Shown here: positions 17,591 through 27,054 of the stretch, piece after piece
Numbering within the stretch: the first letter of the stretch is position 1
Layout of the letters: the number at the start of each line of letters is the position of its first letter
Assembly (NCBI GenBank): GCA_965228475.1
Contig: OZ245817.1
Span: 3,488,001-3,552,000, forward strand
Source of the DNA: Myxococcota bacterium
GTDB lineage: Bacteria; Myxococcota_A; UBA9160; JAFDDA01
Length of the DNA: 64,000 nt
Reading direction: 5' to 3'
Made by a program: the position numbers and the translations under genes
Notes under the pieces: generated by a model
The model's input: the letters and a program-made list of their open reading frames with translations, nothing else
Database searches by the model: none
What the model was told of the DNA's origin: nothing

Positions 17591-19603
17591 ATGAAGCGCC
17601 CCCCTCTTCGCCTCTCGGCCGTCCTTCCCGTCCTTCTCGCCGTCGCCTGGCTCGGCTGTGGCGAGGATCCGCCGCCGCCCGTGGAGATCGACTACGGGGG
17701 GCCGGTCGCCGAGTGGGAGCACGTCGGCGGCGACGCCGGCGGCATGCAGTACTCCCCGCTCCGCCAGATCACCGCCGAGAACGTGGGCTCCCTCGAAGTC
17801 GCCTGGACCTACCGCCACGGCGACATCTCCGACGGGAGCGACGGCAGCACCCGCACCTCCTTCAACGCCACGCCGATCGTGGTGGGCGACGGCCTCTACT
17901 TCTGCACCGGCATGAACCGCGTGATCGCCCTCGACGCAGAGACCGGCGAAGAGCGCTGGACCTTCGACCCGGAGCCGAAGCTCACCCAGCTGAAGGGGCC
18001 CTACCCGCGCGTGTGTCGCGGCGTGGCGCACTGGGAAGCCCCCGCGGCTTCGGGCGCCTGCAGCGCGCGCATCTTCACCGGCACGATCGACTCGGAGCTG
18101 ATCGCCCTCGACGCCGAGACGGGCGAACCCTGCGAAGACTTCGGCGCGAACGGCCGCGTCTCCCTGCGCGATGGCATCGACGCCGAAGACTGGGAGTACT
18201 ACCCGACGGCGGCACCCGTGGTGCTGCGCGACGTCGTCGTGATCGGCGCGCTCATCGCCGACAACCTGCGGAGCGACGCCCCGAGCGGCGTCGTGCGCGC
18301 CTTCGACGCGCGGACGGGCGAGCTCCGCTGGTCCTGGGACCCGGTGCCCCCGGGCTGGACCTGGCCCGAAGGATGGGGCGACCGCCCGCGCACCGACTAC
18401 ACGCCGGGCACGCCGAACGTCTGGACCTGGATGTCGGCGGACCCGGAACGGAACCTCGTCTTCGTCCCCACCGGCAACGCCTCGCCGGACTACTTCGCCG
18501 CGAACCGCCACGGCCTCGACCACTACTCGAGCTCCGTCGTCGCGCTCTGGGGCTCGACGGGGACGGTGATCTGGAACTTCCAGACCGTGCACAAGGACGT
18601 CTGGGACTACGACATCCCGGCCCGCCCGCAGCTCTTCCGCTTCGAGGGCGCGAACGGCCCCGTCGACGCCGTCGCCCAGATCACCAAGATGGGCCACCTC
18701 TTCCTGCTCGACCGCGAGAGCGGCCGCCCGCTCCACCCCGTCGAAGAGCGCCCCGTCCCCCAGAGCGACGTCCCCGGCGAGGTGCTCTCTCCGACCCAGC
18801 CCTTCCCGACCCACATCCCGCCGCTCCACCCGCCGGAGCTCACGCCCGACGACGCCTTCGGCTTCTCGCCCTGGGACCGCGGGAAGTGCCGCGAGATCAT
18901 CGAAGGCCTGCGCAGCGAGGGGCTCTTCACGCCGGCGAGCCTCGAGGGATCGATCCAGTACCCGGGCGCCGCCGGCGGCCCGAACTGGGGGAACATCGCC
19001 ATCGACCCGGAGAACCAGGTCGCCTTCGTGAACGGCATGCGCGTCCCCTCGGTGATCCAGCTGATCCCTCGCGAAGAATGGGATGCGATGGACGACAAGA
19101 CCGCCGCCTACCCGACCGAACTCTCGCCCATGGACGGCACGCCCTACGCCCTGCGCCGCGGCCCGCTGCTCTCGCCGCTCGGCGCCCCGTGCAACCCGCC
19201 GCCCTGGGGCACGCTCACCGCCGTCGACCTCGTCGCCGGCGAGATCCTCTGGGAGGTGCCCCTCGGCACCACGCGCGACCAGGCGCCCTTCCCGATCTGG
19301 TGGCTCCAGGGCGACGTCGGCGCGCCGAACCTCGGCGGCGCCATCGCGACCGCGGGCGGGCTCGTCTTCATCGGCGCCACCACCGACAAGTACCTGCGCG
19401 CCTTCGACGCGAAGACCGGCGAGGAGGTCTGGACCGAGCGCCTGCCCTTCACGGCCAACGCGACGCCGCTGACCTACCGGCTCCGGCCCGACGGCAAGCA
19501 GTTCGTGGCGGTGGCCGCCGGGGGCCACGGCTGGAGCGAGCCCGGGGACGCCGTGATCGCCTGGAGTCTCCGCGAGAAGGCCCCGGAGGCGACCCCGGAG
19601 TAG
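17591..19603 (+). CDS. PQQ-dependent dehydrogenase (glucose/quinate family), probable lipoprotein
   Basis: YSPLRQIT..NV..L..AW, CRGVAHW, HKDVWDYD, PPWGTLTAVD, TAGGLVF; signal peptide ending WLGC. Confidence 0.9.
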   Translation: MKRPPLRLSAVLPVLLAVAWLGCGEDPPPPVEIDYGGPVAEWEHVGGDAGGMQYSPLRQITAENVGSLEVAWTYRHGDISDGSDGSTRTSFNATPIVVGDGLYFCTGMNRVIALDAETGEERWTFDPEPKLTQLKGPYPRVCRGVAHWEAPAASGACSARIFTGTIDSELIALDAETGEPCEDFGANGRVSLRDGIDAEDWEYYPTAAPVVLRDVVVIGALIADNLRSDAPSGVVRAFDARTGELRWSWDPVPPGWTWPEGWGDRPRTDYTPGTPNVWTWMSADPERNLVFVPTGNASPDYFAANRHGLDHYSSSVVALWGSTGTVIWNFQTVHKDVWDYDIPARPQLFRFEGANGPVDAVAQITKMGHLFLLDRESGRPLHPVEERPVPQSDVPGEVLSPTQPFPTHIPPLHPPELTPDDAFGFSPWDRGKCREIIEGLRSEGLFTPASLEGSIQYPGAAGGPNWGNIAIDPENQVAFVNGMRVPSVIQLIPREEWDAMDDKTAAYPTELSPMDGTPYALRRGPLLSPLGAPCNPPPWGTLTAVDLVAGEILWEVPLGTTRDQAPFPIWWLQGDVGAPNLGGAIATAGGLVFIGATTDKYLRAFDAKTGEEVWTERLPFTANATPLTYRLRPDGKQFVAVAAGGHGWSEPGDAVIAWSLREKAPEATPE

Positions 19604-19650
19604 GCGCCTAAGCCATCGGGGGAAAAGGGTTTTTCGCCCCCGACCTTTGT

Positions 19651-19673
19651 GATACGATACGTCTCGTTATTGA
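19651..19673 (+). promoter_or_regulatory. Shared operator/promoter motif, copy A (upstream of ipdA)
   Basis: GATACGATACGTCTCGTTATTGA; 20/23 identical to 56118-56140. Confidence 0.7.
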
Positions 19674-19688
19674 TTTCCAGGGGGCTTC

Positions 19689-20546
19689 GTGGACAAGCGC
19701 ACGAGCGAGGCGGCAGTCGTCTCTGAAATCCGCGACGGCATGACCGTGGGCATCGGCGGTTGGGGCTCGCGCAGGAAGCCCATGTCCCTGGTGCGCGAGA
19801 TCCTGCGCTCGGATCTGAAGGATCTCACGATCGTCTCCTACGGCGGGCCGGACGTCGGCCTGCTGTGCAAGGCGGGCAAGGTCCGCCGCGTCGTCTACGG
19901 CTTCGTCTCCCTCGACTCGATCCCCCTCGAGCCGCACTTCCGTGCCGCGCGCCAGTCCGGCGCCGTCGAAGTGACCGAGCTCGACGAAGGGATGCTGCAG
20001 TGGGGCCTCTACGCCGCCGCCCTGCGACTGCCCTTCCTGCCGACGCGCTCGGGCATGGGCTCGGACGTCCTGAAGTACAACCCGGACCTGAAGCTCGTGC
20101 GCTCCCCCTACGACGACGGCGAGGAGCTCGTGGCCATGCCGGCGCTCCACCTCGACGTGGCGCTCATCCACATGAACCGCGCCGACGAGCGCGGGAACGG
20201 CCAGTACCTCGGCCCCGACCCCTACTTCGACGATCTCTACTGCATGGCCGCGAAGCGCCGCTTCATGTCCTGCGAGAAGATCGTTCCGACGGAAGACCTC
20301 GCGAAGGCCGGGCCGGCCCAGACGCTCGTCATCAACCGCACGATGATCGACGGCGTCGTCGAAGCGCCGGGCGGCGCGCACTTCACCGAGTGCCCGCCCG
20401 ACTACGAACGCGACGAAGCCTTCCAGAAGGAATACGCCATGACGGCCAAGGACCCGGACGATTGGCGGGCCTTCGAGGAGCGCTACCTCTCGCTCGCGAG
20501 CGAGGCCGACTACCAGGCGGCCGTCCGCGCCCGGAGCGGTTCGTGA
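19689..20546 (+). CDS. ipdA: IpdA, CoA-transferase-like ring-cleaving hydrolase alpha subunit (HIP catabolism)
   Basis: GIGGWGSRRKPMSLVR, YGFVSLDSIPLEPHFR, ELDEGM; operon context. Confidence 0.9.
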   Translation: MDKRTSEAAVVSEIRDGMTVGIGGWGSRRKPMSLVREILRSDLKDLTIVSYGGPDVGLLCKAGKVRRVVYGFVSLDSIPLEPHFRAARQSGAVEVTELDEGMLQWGLYAAALRLPFLPTRSGMGSDVLKYNPDLKLVRSPYDDGEELVAMPALHLDVALIHMNRADERGNGQYLGPDPYFDDLYCMAAKRRFMSCEKIVPTEDLAKAGPAQTLVINRTMIDGVVEAPGGAHFTECPPDYERDEAFQKEYAMTAKDPDDWRAFEERYLSLASEADYQAAVRARSGS

Positions 20547-21307
20547 GCGGCGCGACGCGAGCGGAGGTCTGCGTGACGGCGGTGGCCGACGCCTTCCGCG
20601 ACGACGGCGAGGCGCTCGCGAGCGCCTTCGGCTCGGTCCCCACCGTCGGCGTGCGGCTCGCCAAGCTGACCGACGCCCCCGACCTGCTGATGACCGACGG
20701 CATCGCCTACCTGCGCGGCGACGTCGCGAGCCTCTCGGGCGAGGACGCGCACGAGCCCGTCGTCGAGGGCTGGCTGCCCTTCCGCAAGGTCTTCGACCTG
20801 CTCTGGTCCGGGCGGCGACACGTGATCATGACCGCCAGCCAGATCGACCGCTTCGGCAACCACAACTTCGCCTGCATCGGCGACTACGCGAAGCCGAAGG
20901 CCCAGCTCCTCGGCATGCGCGGCGCGCCGGGCAACACGATCCACCACGCCACGAGCTACTGGGTGCCGAACCACAGCCCGAAGGTCTTCGTCGAAGAGGT
21001 CGACGTCGTCTCGGGCGTGGGCAACGACCGCGCGCGGGCTCTGGGCGAGGCCGGCTCGCGCTTCCACGATCTGCGGCGCGTGATCTCGAACCTCGCCGTC
21101 TTCGACTTCGCGCCCGAGGACGGCGCCATGCGCCTCGTCTCCGTTCACCCGGGCGTGAGCGTCGACGAGGTCGTCGAGCAGACGGGCTTCGCCCTGGACG
21201 TCGACGGTGACGTCCCCGAGACGCGGCTCCCGAGCGAATCCGAGCTCACCCTGATCCGCGAGCGCATCGACCCGCGCGGCTTCACCGGCCGCGAAGTCCC
21301 CGCCTGA
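20543..21307 (+). CDS. ipdB: IpdB, beta subunit
   Basis: TRAEVC, VEGWLPFRKVFD, RGAPGNT..HATSYWVPNHS; GTGA-coupled to ipdA. Confidence 0.88.
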   Translation: MSGATRAEVCVTAVADAFRDDGEALASAFGSVPTVGVRLAKLTDAPDLLMTDGIAYLRGDVASLSGEDAHEPVVEGWLPFRKVFDLLWSGRRHVIMTASQIDRFGNHNFACIGDYAKPKAQLLGMRGAPGNTIHHATSYWVPNHSPKVFVEEVDVVSGVGNDRARALGEAGSRFHDLRRVISNLAVFDFAPEDGAMRLVSVHPGVSVDEVVEQTGFALDVDGDVPETRLPSESELTLIRERIDPRGFTGREVPA

Positions 21308-21314
21308 GGCCCCC

Positions 21315-22376
21315 GTGACCTCTCCCCTCCACACCCCGCTCTGCGACCTGCTCGACGCGCGCTACCCGATCGTGCAGACGGGCATGGGCTGGGTGGCGAC
21401 ACCGGAGCTCGTGGCGGCGGTGAGCAACACCGGCGCCTTCGGCTTCCTCGCCGCGGCGACGATCCCGCCGGGCGAGGTCGAGGACGCGATCGTCCAGACC
21501 CAGGCGCTGACCGACCGCCCCTTCGGCGTGAACTTCCTGATGGACGCACCGGGCGCCGACGTCATCGTCGCGGCGCTGGTCCGCCAGGGCGTGAAGGCCG
21601 CCGGCTACAACCGGGCCCCGAGCGCGGAGCTCATCGGCACGCTCAAGGAGGCGGGCATCGTCTGCATCCCGACCTGCGGCGCCGTGAAGCACGCGGTGAA
21701 GGCCCAGAAGCTCGGTGCGGACGCCATCATCGTCCAGGGCGGTGAGGGCGGCGGGCACACCGGCTCCGTCCCGACCTCCCTGCTCGTCTCCGCCTGCGCC
21801 GACGCCGTCGACGTTCCGGTACTCGCCGCCGGCGGCTTCCGCGACGGCCGCGGGCTCGTCGCGGCCCTGGCCTTCGGCGCGGCCGGCGTCGCCATGGGCA
21901 CGCGCTTCCTGCTCACCAAGGAGAGCCCGGTTCCCGCGCGCACGACGGACCGCTACCTCGAGGCCGGCGTCGAGGACGTCACGGTGACGACGCGTATCGA
22001 CGGCCTGCCCCAGCGCGTGGTCACGAACGAACTCCTGCGGCGGCTCGAGGGCGCGAACCCCCTCGCCGCCTACTGGCTCGCCCTGCGCAATGCCCTCGCC
22101 CTACGCAAGGAAACGGGCGCGTCGCTCGTCGAACTCCTGCGCTCGGGCCTCGCCATGCGCCGGAACGAACGGCTCTCGCGCACGCAGATGCTCATGGCCG
22201 CCAACGCCCCGATGCTCGCGAAGCGGGCCATGACCGACGGCGACCCCATCGGGGGTTATCTGCCGAGCGGCACCGTCACCGGACTGATCGAGGACCGGCC
22301 GAGCTGCGCCGAGCTCGTGCAGCGCATCGTCACCGAAGCCGAGAAGACGCTCGGCCAGCTCTCGGGAGGCAACTGA
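21315..22376 (+). CDS. ipdC: IpdC-like enoyl-CoA reductase (nitronate monooxygenase family)
   Basis: PIVQTGMGWVA, QGGEGGGHTG, AAGGFRDGRGLVAALA; follows ipdAB. Confidence 0.85.
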   Translation: MTSPLHTPLCDLLDARYPIVQTGMGWVATPELVAAVSNTGAFGFLAAATIPPGEVEDAIVQTQALTDRPFGVNFLMDAPGADVIVAALVRQGVKAAGYNRAPSAELIGTLKEAGIVCIPTCGAVKHAVKAQKLGADAIIVQGGEGGGHTGSVPTSLLVSACADAVDVPVLAAGGFRDGRGLVAALAFGAAGVAMGTRFLLTKESPVPARTTDRYLEAGVEDVTVTTRIDGLPQRVVTNELLRRLEGANPLAAYWLALRNALALRKETGASLVELLRSGLAMRRNERLSRTQMLMAANAPMLAKRAMTDGDPIGGYLPSGTVTGLIEDRPSCAELVQRIVTEAEKTLGQLSGGN

Positions 22377-23158
22377 TGACCGGCACCAGCACCGCGCCCA
22401 TGACCGGCATTCGCACCGAGGTTTCGGGCGGCGTCGCCCAGCTCGTGATCGACAACCCGCCGGTGAACGCCCTCGGCGTGGCGGGCTGGCGCGCCTTCGC
22501 CGAAGCGATGACGGCGCTCGGCCTGCGCGAGGACGTGAACTGCGTCGTGATCCGTGCCGAAGGCCGCGGCTTCCAGGCGGGTGTCGACGTGAAGGAGCTC
22601 GCCGAGGACGGGACCAAGATCGTCGAGGTGAACCGCGGCTGCTACGACAGCTTCGCCGCCATCTACGACTGCCCGGTGCCCGTGATCTCGGCGGTCCACG
22701 GTTTCTGCCTCGGCGGCGGAATCGGCATCTCCGGCGCCTCGGACATCGTCGTGGCCTCCGAGGACGCGACCTTCGGCCTGCCCGAGATCGACCGCGGCGC
22801 CCTCGGCGCGGCGACGCACCTGATGCGCCTGGTCGGGATGCAGAAGACGCGGCGCATGCTCTACACCGGCGAATCGATCGACGCGCGCGAGATGCTGCGC
22901 CTCGGTGCCGTGGAATCCGTCGTCCCGCGCGAGAAACTCCTCGACGAAGCCATGGCCCTGGCCCGGAACATCGCCGGCAAGAGCCCGAAGGCGCTCCGCC
23001 TGGCGAAGTGGTCGCTCAACGGAATCGAGCTGCTCGACGTGAAGGAGAGCTACCGCTACGAGCAGGGCTTCACCCTCGAGCTCTACACCTCGCCGGACTC
23101 CCAGGAAGCCCGCGACGCCTTCGTCGAGAAGCGCGACGCGAAGTTCGAGCAGGATTGA
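22376..23158 (+). CDS. echA20: EchA20-like enoyl-CoA hydratase
   Basis: NPPVNAL, AGVDVKEL, LPEIDRGALGAATHL, SYRYEQGFT. Confidence 0.87.
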   Translation: MTGTSTAPMTGIRTEVSGGVAQLVIDNPPVNALGVAGWRAFAEAMTALGLREDVNCVVIRAEGRGFQAGVDVKELAEDGTKIVEVNRGCYDSFAAIYDCPVPVISAVHGFCLGGGIGISGASDIVVASEDATFGLPEIDRGALGAATHLMRLVGMQKTRRMLYTGESIDAREMLRLGAVESVVPREKLLDEAMALARNIAGKSPKALRLAKWSLNGIELLDVKESYRYEQGFTLELYTSPDSQEARDAFVEKRDAKFEQD

Positions 23159-23165
23159 GGCCGAG

Positions 23166-24335
23166 ATGGATCTCTCGTACAGCCCGTCACAGCAGGCCTT
23201 CCGCAAGGAAGCGCGCGCCTGGCTCGAAGCCAACGTGCCGAAGGAGCCCCTCGCGTCCTTCGATACGGAAGCCGGATTCGCCGCCCACCGCGCGTGGGAA
23301 GAGAAGCTCCACGCCGGCGGCTTCGCCATGGTGCCCTGGCCCGTCGAGTACGGCGGGCGCGGAGCGGACCTGCTCGAGTGGCTGGTCTTCGAAGAGGAGT
23401 ACTACCGCGCCGGCGCGCCGGGCCGCGTGAACCAGAACGGGATCTTCCTGCTCGGCCCGACCATCATGGAGTACGGGACGCCCGAGCAGAAGGCGCGCTT
23501 CCTGCCGAAGATGGCCTCGAGCGAGGAGGTCTGGTGCCAGGGTTGGAGCGAGCCGAACGCCGGGAGCGACATGGCCGCGATCCAGAGCACGGCCGTCCGC
23601 GACGGCGACTGCTTCGTCGTGAACGGCCAGAAGACCTGGGCCTCACGCGGCGCCTTCGCCCACTGGCTCTTCGGCCTCTTCCGTACGGACCCGGAAAGCA
23701 GCCGGCACCGCGGCCTCTCCTTCCTTCTCGTTCCACTCGATCTGCCGGGCATCACCGTGCGGCCCATCCAGAAGATCAACGGCAAGGCCGCCTTCGCCGA
23801 GGTCTTCTTCGACGACGTGCGCGTTCCCGCCGAACACCTGCTCGGCCCCGAGGGCGACGGCTGGAAGGTCGCCATGGCGACGGCCGGCTTCGAACGCGGC
23901 CTCATGCTGCGCAGCCCTGCGCGCTTCCAGAGCACCGCCGACCGCCTGCTGCGCCTCTACCGTGAGACCGTGGCGCGCGGCGACGCCGTCTCCCCGAGCC
24001 TCCGCGAGCGCGTCGCCCGCACCTGGATGGACGCCGAGGCGTACACGCTCAACACCTACCAGACCGTCTCGAAGCTCCTGGCCGGGGGCTCGATCGGCGC
24101 CGAGGCCAGCCTGAACAAGATCTTCTGGTCCGAGCTCGACGTCCGCATGCACGAGCTCGGCCTCGAGCTGCTCGGGCCGCGCGCGGAACTCCTGCCCGGA
24201 GCACCGGCCGCCGGCGACGTCGGAAGCTGGCTCGACGGCTTCATCTTCGCGCTCTCCGGCCCGATCTACGCCGGAACCAACCAGATCCAACGCAACATCA
24301 TCGCCGAGCGCATCCTCGGCCTGCCGCGGAAGTAG
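23166..24335 (+). CDS. fadE31: Acyl-CoA dehydrogenase, FadE31-like
   Basis: FEEEYYRAGAPGRVNQNGIFLLGPT, FERGLMLRSPARF, IYAGTNQIQRN. Confidence 0.8.
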   Translation: MDLSYSPSQQAFRKEARAWLEANVPKEPLASFDTEAGFAAHRAWEEKLHAGGFAMVPWPVEYGGRGADLLEWLVFEEEYYRAGAPGRVNQNGIFLLGPTIMEYGTPEQKARFLPKMASSEEVWCQGWSEPNAGSDMAAIQSTAVRDGDCFVVNGQKTWASRGAFAHWLFGLFRTDPESSRHRGLSFLLVPLDLPGITVRPIQKINGKAAFAEVFFDDVRVPAEHLLGPEGDGWKVAMATAGFERGLMLRSPARFQSTADRLLRLYRETVARGDAVSPSLRERVARTWMDAEAYTLNTYQTVSKLLAGGSIGAEASLNKIFWSELDVRMHELGLELLGPRAELLPGAPAAGDVGSWLDGFIFALSGPIYAGTNQIQRNIIAERILGLPRK

Positions 24336-24339
24336 CCCC

Positions 24340-25392
24340 ATGGACTTCGACTTCAGCGAAGACCAGCGCATGCTCCAGCAGACCGTCGCGGACTTCCTCG
24401 GCGGCGAGTGCCCACCCGAGCGCGTGCGCGCGGGCTGGGAGACGGAGACCGGGCGCGACGACGGCTTCTGGCGAAGCCTCGCCGAGATCGGCCTGCCCGG
24501 ACTGCTCGTCCCGGAAGAACATGGCGGCCTCGGCCTCGAGGAAACCGACCTCGTCCTCGCCCTCGAAGAGACGGGCCGCGTGGCACTCGCCGAGCCCGTC
24601 GTTCCGACGAGCGTCGGCGTGGGGATGCTGCGCGAGATCGGCGGCGACCTCGCCGCGAGCTGGCTGCCCCGCGTCGCCGAGGGAGAGGCCCGCCTCGCCG
24701 TCGGCCTTCCCGAGAGCCCCTTCGTCGCCGATGCCCATGTCGCCGGTCTCCTGCTGATCGCCTCCGAGGACGCCATCCACGCCATCCCGGGAAGCGAGGC
24801 CACGCTCGAGGCCCAGGCCTCGAACGACGGCTCGCAGCGTCTCTTCCGCGTGCAGCAAGGCAGCGGCGAGCTCGTCGCGACTGGCGACGACGCGCGAAAC
24901 CTCGCCCGCGCCGCCCTCGACCGCGGCGCCCTGTGCTGCGCCGCCGAAGCCCTCGGCGTGGCCGCGCGCTTGATCACCCTCGCCGCCGAGTACGCCGCCC
25001 AGCGCAACCAGTTCGGCGTCCCGATCGGGAGCTTCCAGGCCGTGAAGCATCTGCTGGCGGACGAGATGGTGAAGCTCGAGTACGCGCGCTCGCACGTCTA
25101 CCGCGCCGCCCACTCCGTGGCGAACGCCGCAGGCACCCGAGCGGCCGACGTCTCGATGGCCAAGCTCGCCGCCTGCGAAGCCGCGACCGAGGCCGCGAAG
25201 ACTTCGCTCCAGGTGCACGGCGCGATCGGATACACCTACGAGCAGGACGTGCACGTCTGGATGAAGCGGGCCTGGTCCCTCGACCTCGCCTACGGAACGA
25301 GCGTCTTCCACCGCGAGCGCCTGTGCAGCGCGGTGATCGACGGCACCCTCGAAGCACGCCCCTTCGGATACGAGCCGCCCGGCCTGAGTTAG
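24340..25392 (+). CDS. fadE32: Acyl-CoA dehydrogenase small subunit, FadE32-like
   Basis: Shortened ACAD with QFGVPIGSFQAVKHLLAD, LQVHGAIGYTYEQD; adjacent to fadE31. Confidence 0.75.
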   Translation: MDFDFSEDQRMLQQTVADFLGGECPPERVRAGWETETGRDDGFWRSLAEIGLPGLLVPEEHGGLGLEETDLVLALEETGRVALAEPVVPTSVGVGMLREIGGDLAASWLPRVAEGEARLAVGLPESPFVADAHVAGLLLIASEDAIHAIPGSEATLEAQASNDGSQRLFRVQQGSGELVATGDDARNLARAALDRGALCCAAEALGVAARLITLAAEYAAQRNQFGVPIGSFQAVKHLLADEMVKLEYARSHVYRAAHSVANAAGTRAADVSMAKLAACEAATEAAKTSLQVHGAIGYTYEQDVHVWMKRAWSLDLAYGTSVFHRERLCSAVIDGTLEARPFGYEPPGLS

Positions 25393-25417
25393 GCTTTCGC
25401 AGCGGCAAGGAGACCCC

Positions 25418-25858
25418 ATGGCGAAGAAGCGCGTCCCGGCCCAGGAGGGCTGGTTCACCCTCGAAGACGAGCCTCACCTGATCGGCCTGCGCGACAAGGA
25501 GAGCGGCTCCTGCTTCTTTCCGAAGGACGTCGCGATCTCGCGCGCGCCCGGCTACGCCGACGCCGAGCTCGAAGAAGTCGAGCTCTCGCGCACGGGCAAG
25601 CTCTGGTCCTGGACGACGAACCACTACGCGCCGCCCGAGCCCTACGTCTCGCCCGACCCGTTCGTGCCCTACACGGTGGCCGCGGTCGAGCTGAGCGTGG
25701 AGCGCATGGTGGTACTCGGCCAGCTCGACGACGGCGTCGACCTCGAGGCCCTCGAGGTCGGCCAGGAGATGGAGCTCGTGCTCGGCACCCTCTACGAGGA
25801 CGACGAGAACGAGTACATGGTGTGGAAGTGGCGCCCGGCGGGCGCGGAGGCCGCGTGA
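25418..25858 (+). CDS. DUF35 OB-fold acyl-CoA-binding protein
   Basis: LSRTGKLWSWTTNHYAPPEPY, VPYTVAAVEL, VGQEMEL; coupled to the thiolase-like gene. Confidence 0.85.
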   Translation: MAKKRVPAQEGWFTLEDEPHLIGLRDKESGSCFFPKDVAISRAPGYADAELEEVELSRTGKLWSWTTNHYAPPEPYVSPDPFVPYTVAAVELSVERMVVLGQLDDGVDLEALEVGQEMELVLGTLYEDDENEYMVWKWRPAGAEAA

Positions 25859-27045
25859 TGGTGGGCGAAGTCGCGATTCTCGGAGCGGGCATGCACCCCT
25901 GGGGCAAGTGGGGGCGGAACTTCGTCGAGTACGGCGCCCACGCCATCAAGGCGGCCCTCGCCGACGCCGGCCTCGAGTGGAAGGACGTCGAGTTCCTCGC
26001 CGCCGGCGAGACCATCCGCAACGGCTACCCGGGCTACGTCGCCGCCTCGAGCTTCTCCCAGGCGATGGGATTCCAGGGCATCCCGATCGCGAGCTGCTAC
26101 GCCGCCTGCGCCAGTGGGACCCAGGCCATCGAGGCCGCGCGCACGCGCATCCTCGCCGGCCTGTGCGACGTCGCGGTGGTCGCCGGTGCCGACACGACGC
26201 CGAAGGGTTTCCTCGCCCCGAACAAGGGCGAACGTCAGCTCGACCCGGACTGGCTGCGCTTCCGCCTGCTGGGCGCGACCAACCCGACCTACTTCGGCCT
26301 CTACGCACGACGGCGCATGGAGCTCTACGGCGCCGAGGAGCGGGACTTCGCGCGCGTGAAGGCCAAGAACAGCCGCGTCGGCGCGACCAACCCGAACGCC
26401 CGCTACAAGAAGGTCTTCACCGAGGACGAGGTGCTCGCTTCTGCGCTCGTGGCCGACCCGCTGCGCCTGTTCGAGATCTGCGCGACGAGCGACGGCGGCG
26501 CCGCCCTGGTGCTCACCTCGCTCGACTTTGCGCGCAAGCACGCCTCGGAGTTCGTGCGCATCGCCGGCGTCTCGACGGTCACCCCGACCTACCCGAACGT
26601 CGTCGTCGACATGCCGAACTTCGCGGCGGACTCGACCGTCGGCATCGCGGCGCCGGACCGCGGCTTCAAGGACTCGATCGCCTACGCCGCCTACGAGCAG
26701 GCCGGCCTCGGGCCCGAGGACATGTCCCTGGCCGAGGTCTACGACCTCTCCTCCGCCCTCGAGCTCGACTGGTACGAAGAGATCGGGCTGTGCAAGCGCG
26801 GCGAGGCCGAGCGCCTGCTGCGCGACGGCGCCACCGAGGTCGGCGGCCGCATCCCGGTGAACCCGAGCGGCGGTCTCGGCGCGTTCGGAGAGGCCGTGCC
26901 CGCCCAGGCGATCGCCCAGGTCTGCGAACTCACGTGGCAGCTGCGCGGCCAGGCCGGCGAGCGCCAGGTCGCCGGAGCCAAGGCCGGCATCACCGCGAAC
27001 CAGGGCCTGTTCGGCCACGGCTCGTCCGTCCTCTGTGTGAAGTAA
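25858..27045 (+). CDS. SCP2-type thiolase-like 'lipid-transfer protein'
   Basis: GMHPWGKW, AACASG, TSDGGAA, LAEVYD, VNPSGGL..FGEAVPAQA; TGATG coupling. Confidence 0.88.
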   Translation: MVGEVAILGAGMHPWGKWGRNFVEYGAHAIKAALADAGLEWKDVEFLAAGETIRNGYPGYVAASSFSQAMGFQGIPIASCYAACASGTQAIEAARTRILAGLCDVAVVAGADTTPKGFLAPNKGERQLDPDWLRFRLLGATNPTYFGLYARRRMELYGAEERDFARVKAKNSRVGATNPNARYKKVFTEDEVLASALVADPLRLFEICATSDGGAALVLTSLDFARKHASEFVRIAGVSTVTPTYPNVVVDMPNFAADSTVGIAAPDRGFKDSIAYAAYEQAGLGPEDMSLAEVYDLSSALELDWYEEIGLCKRGEAERLLRDGATEVGGRIPVNPSGGLGAFGEAVPAQAIAQVCELTWQLRGQAGERQVAGAKAGITANQGLFGHGSSVLCVK

Positions 27046-27054
27046 GGAGCGATC

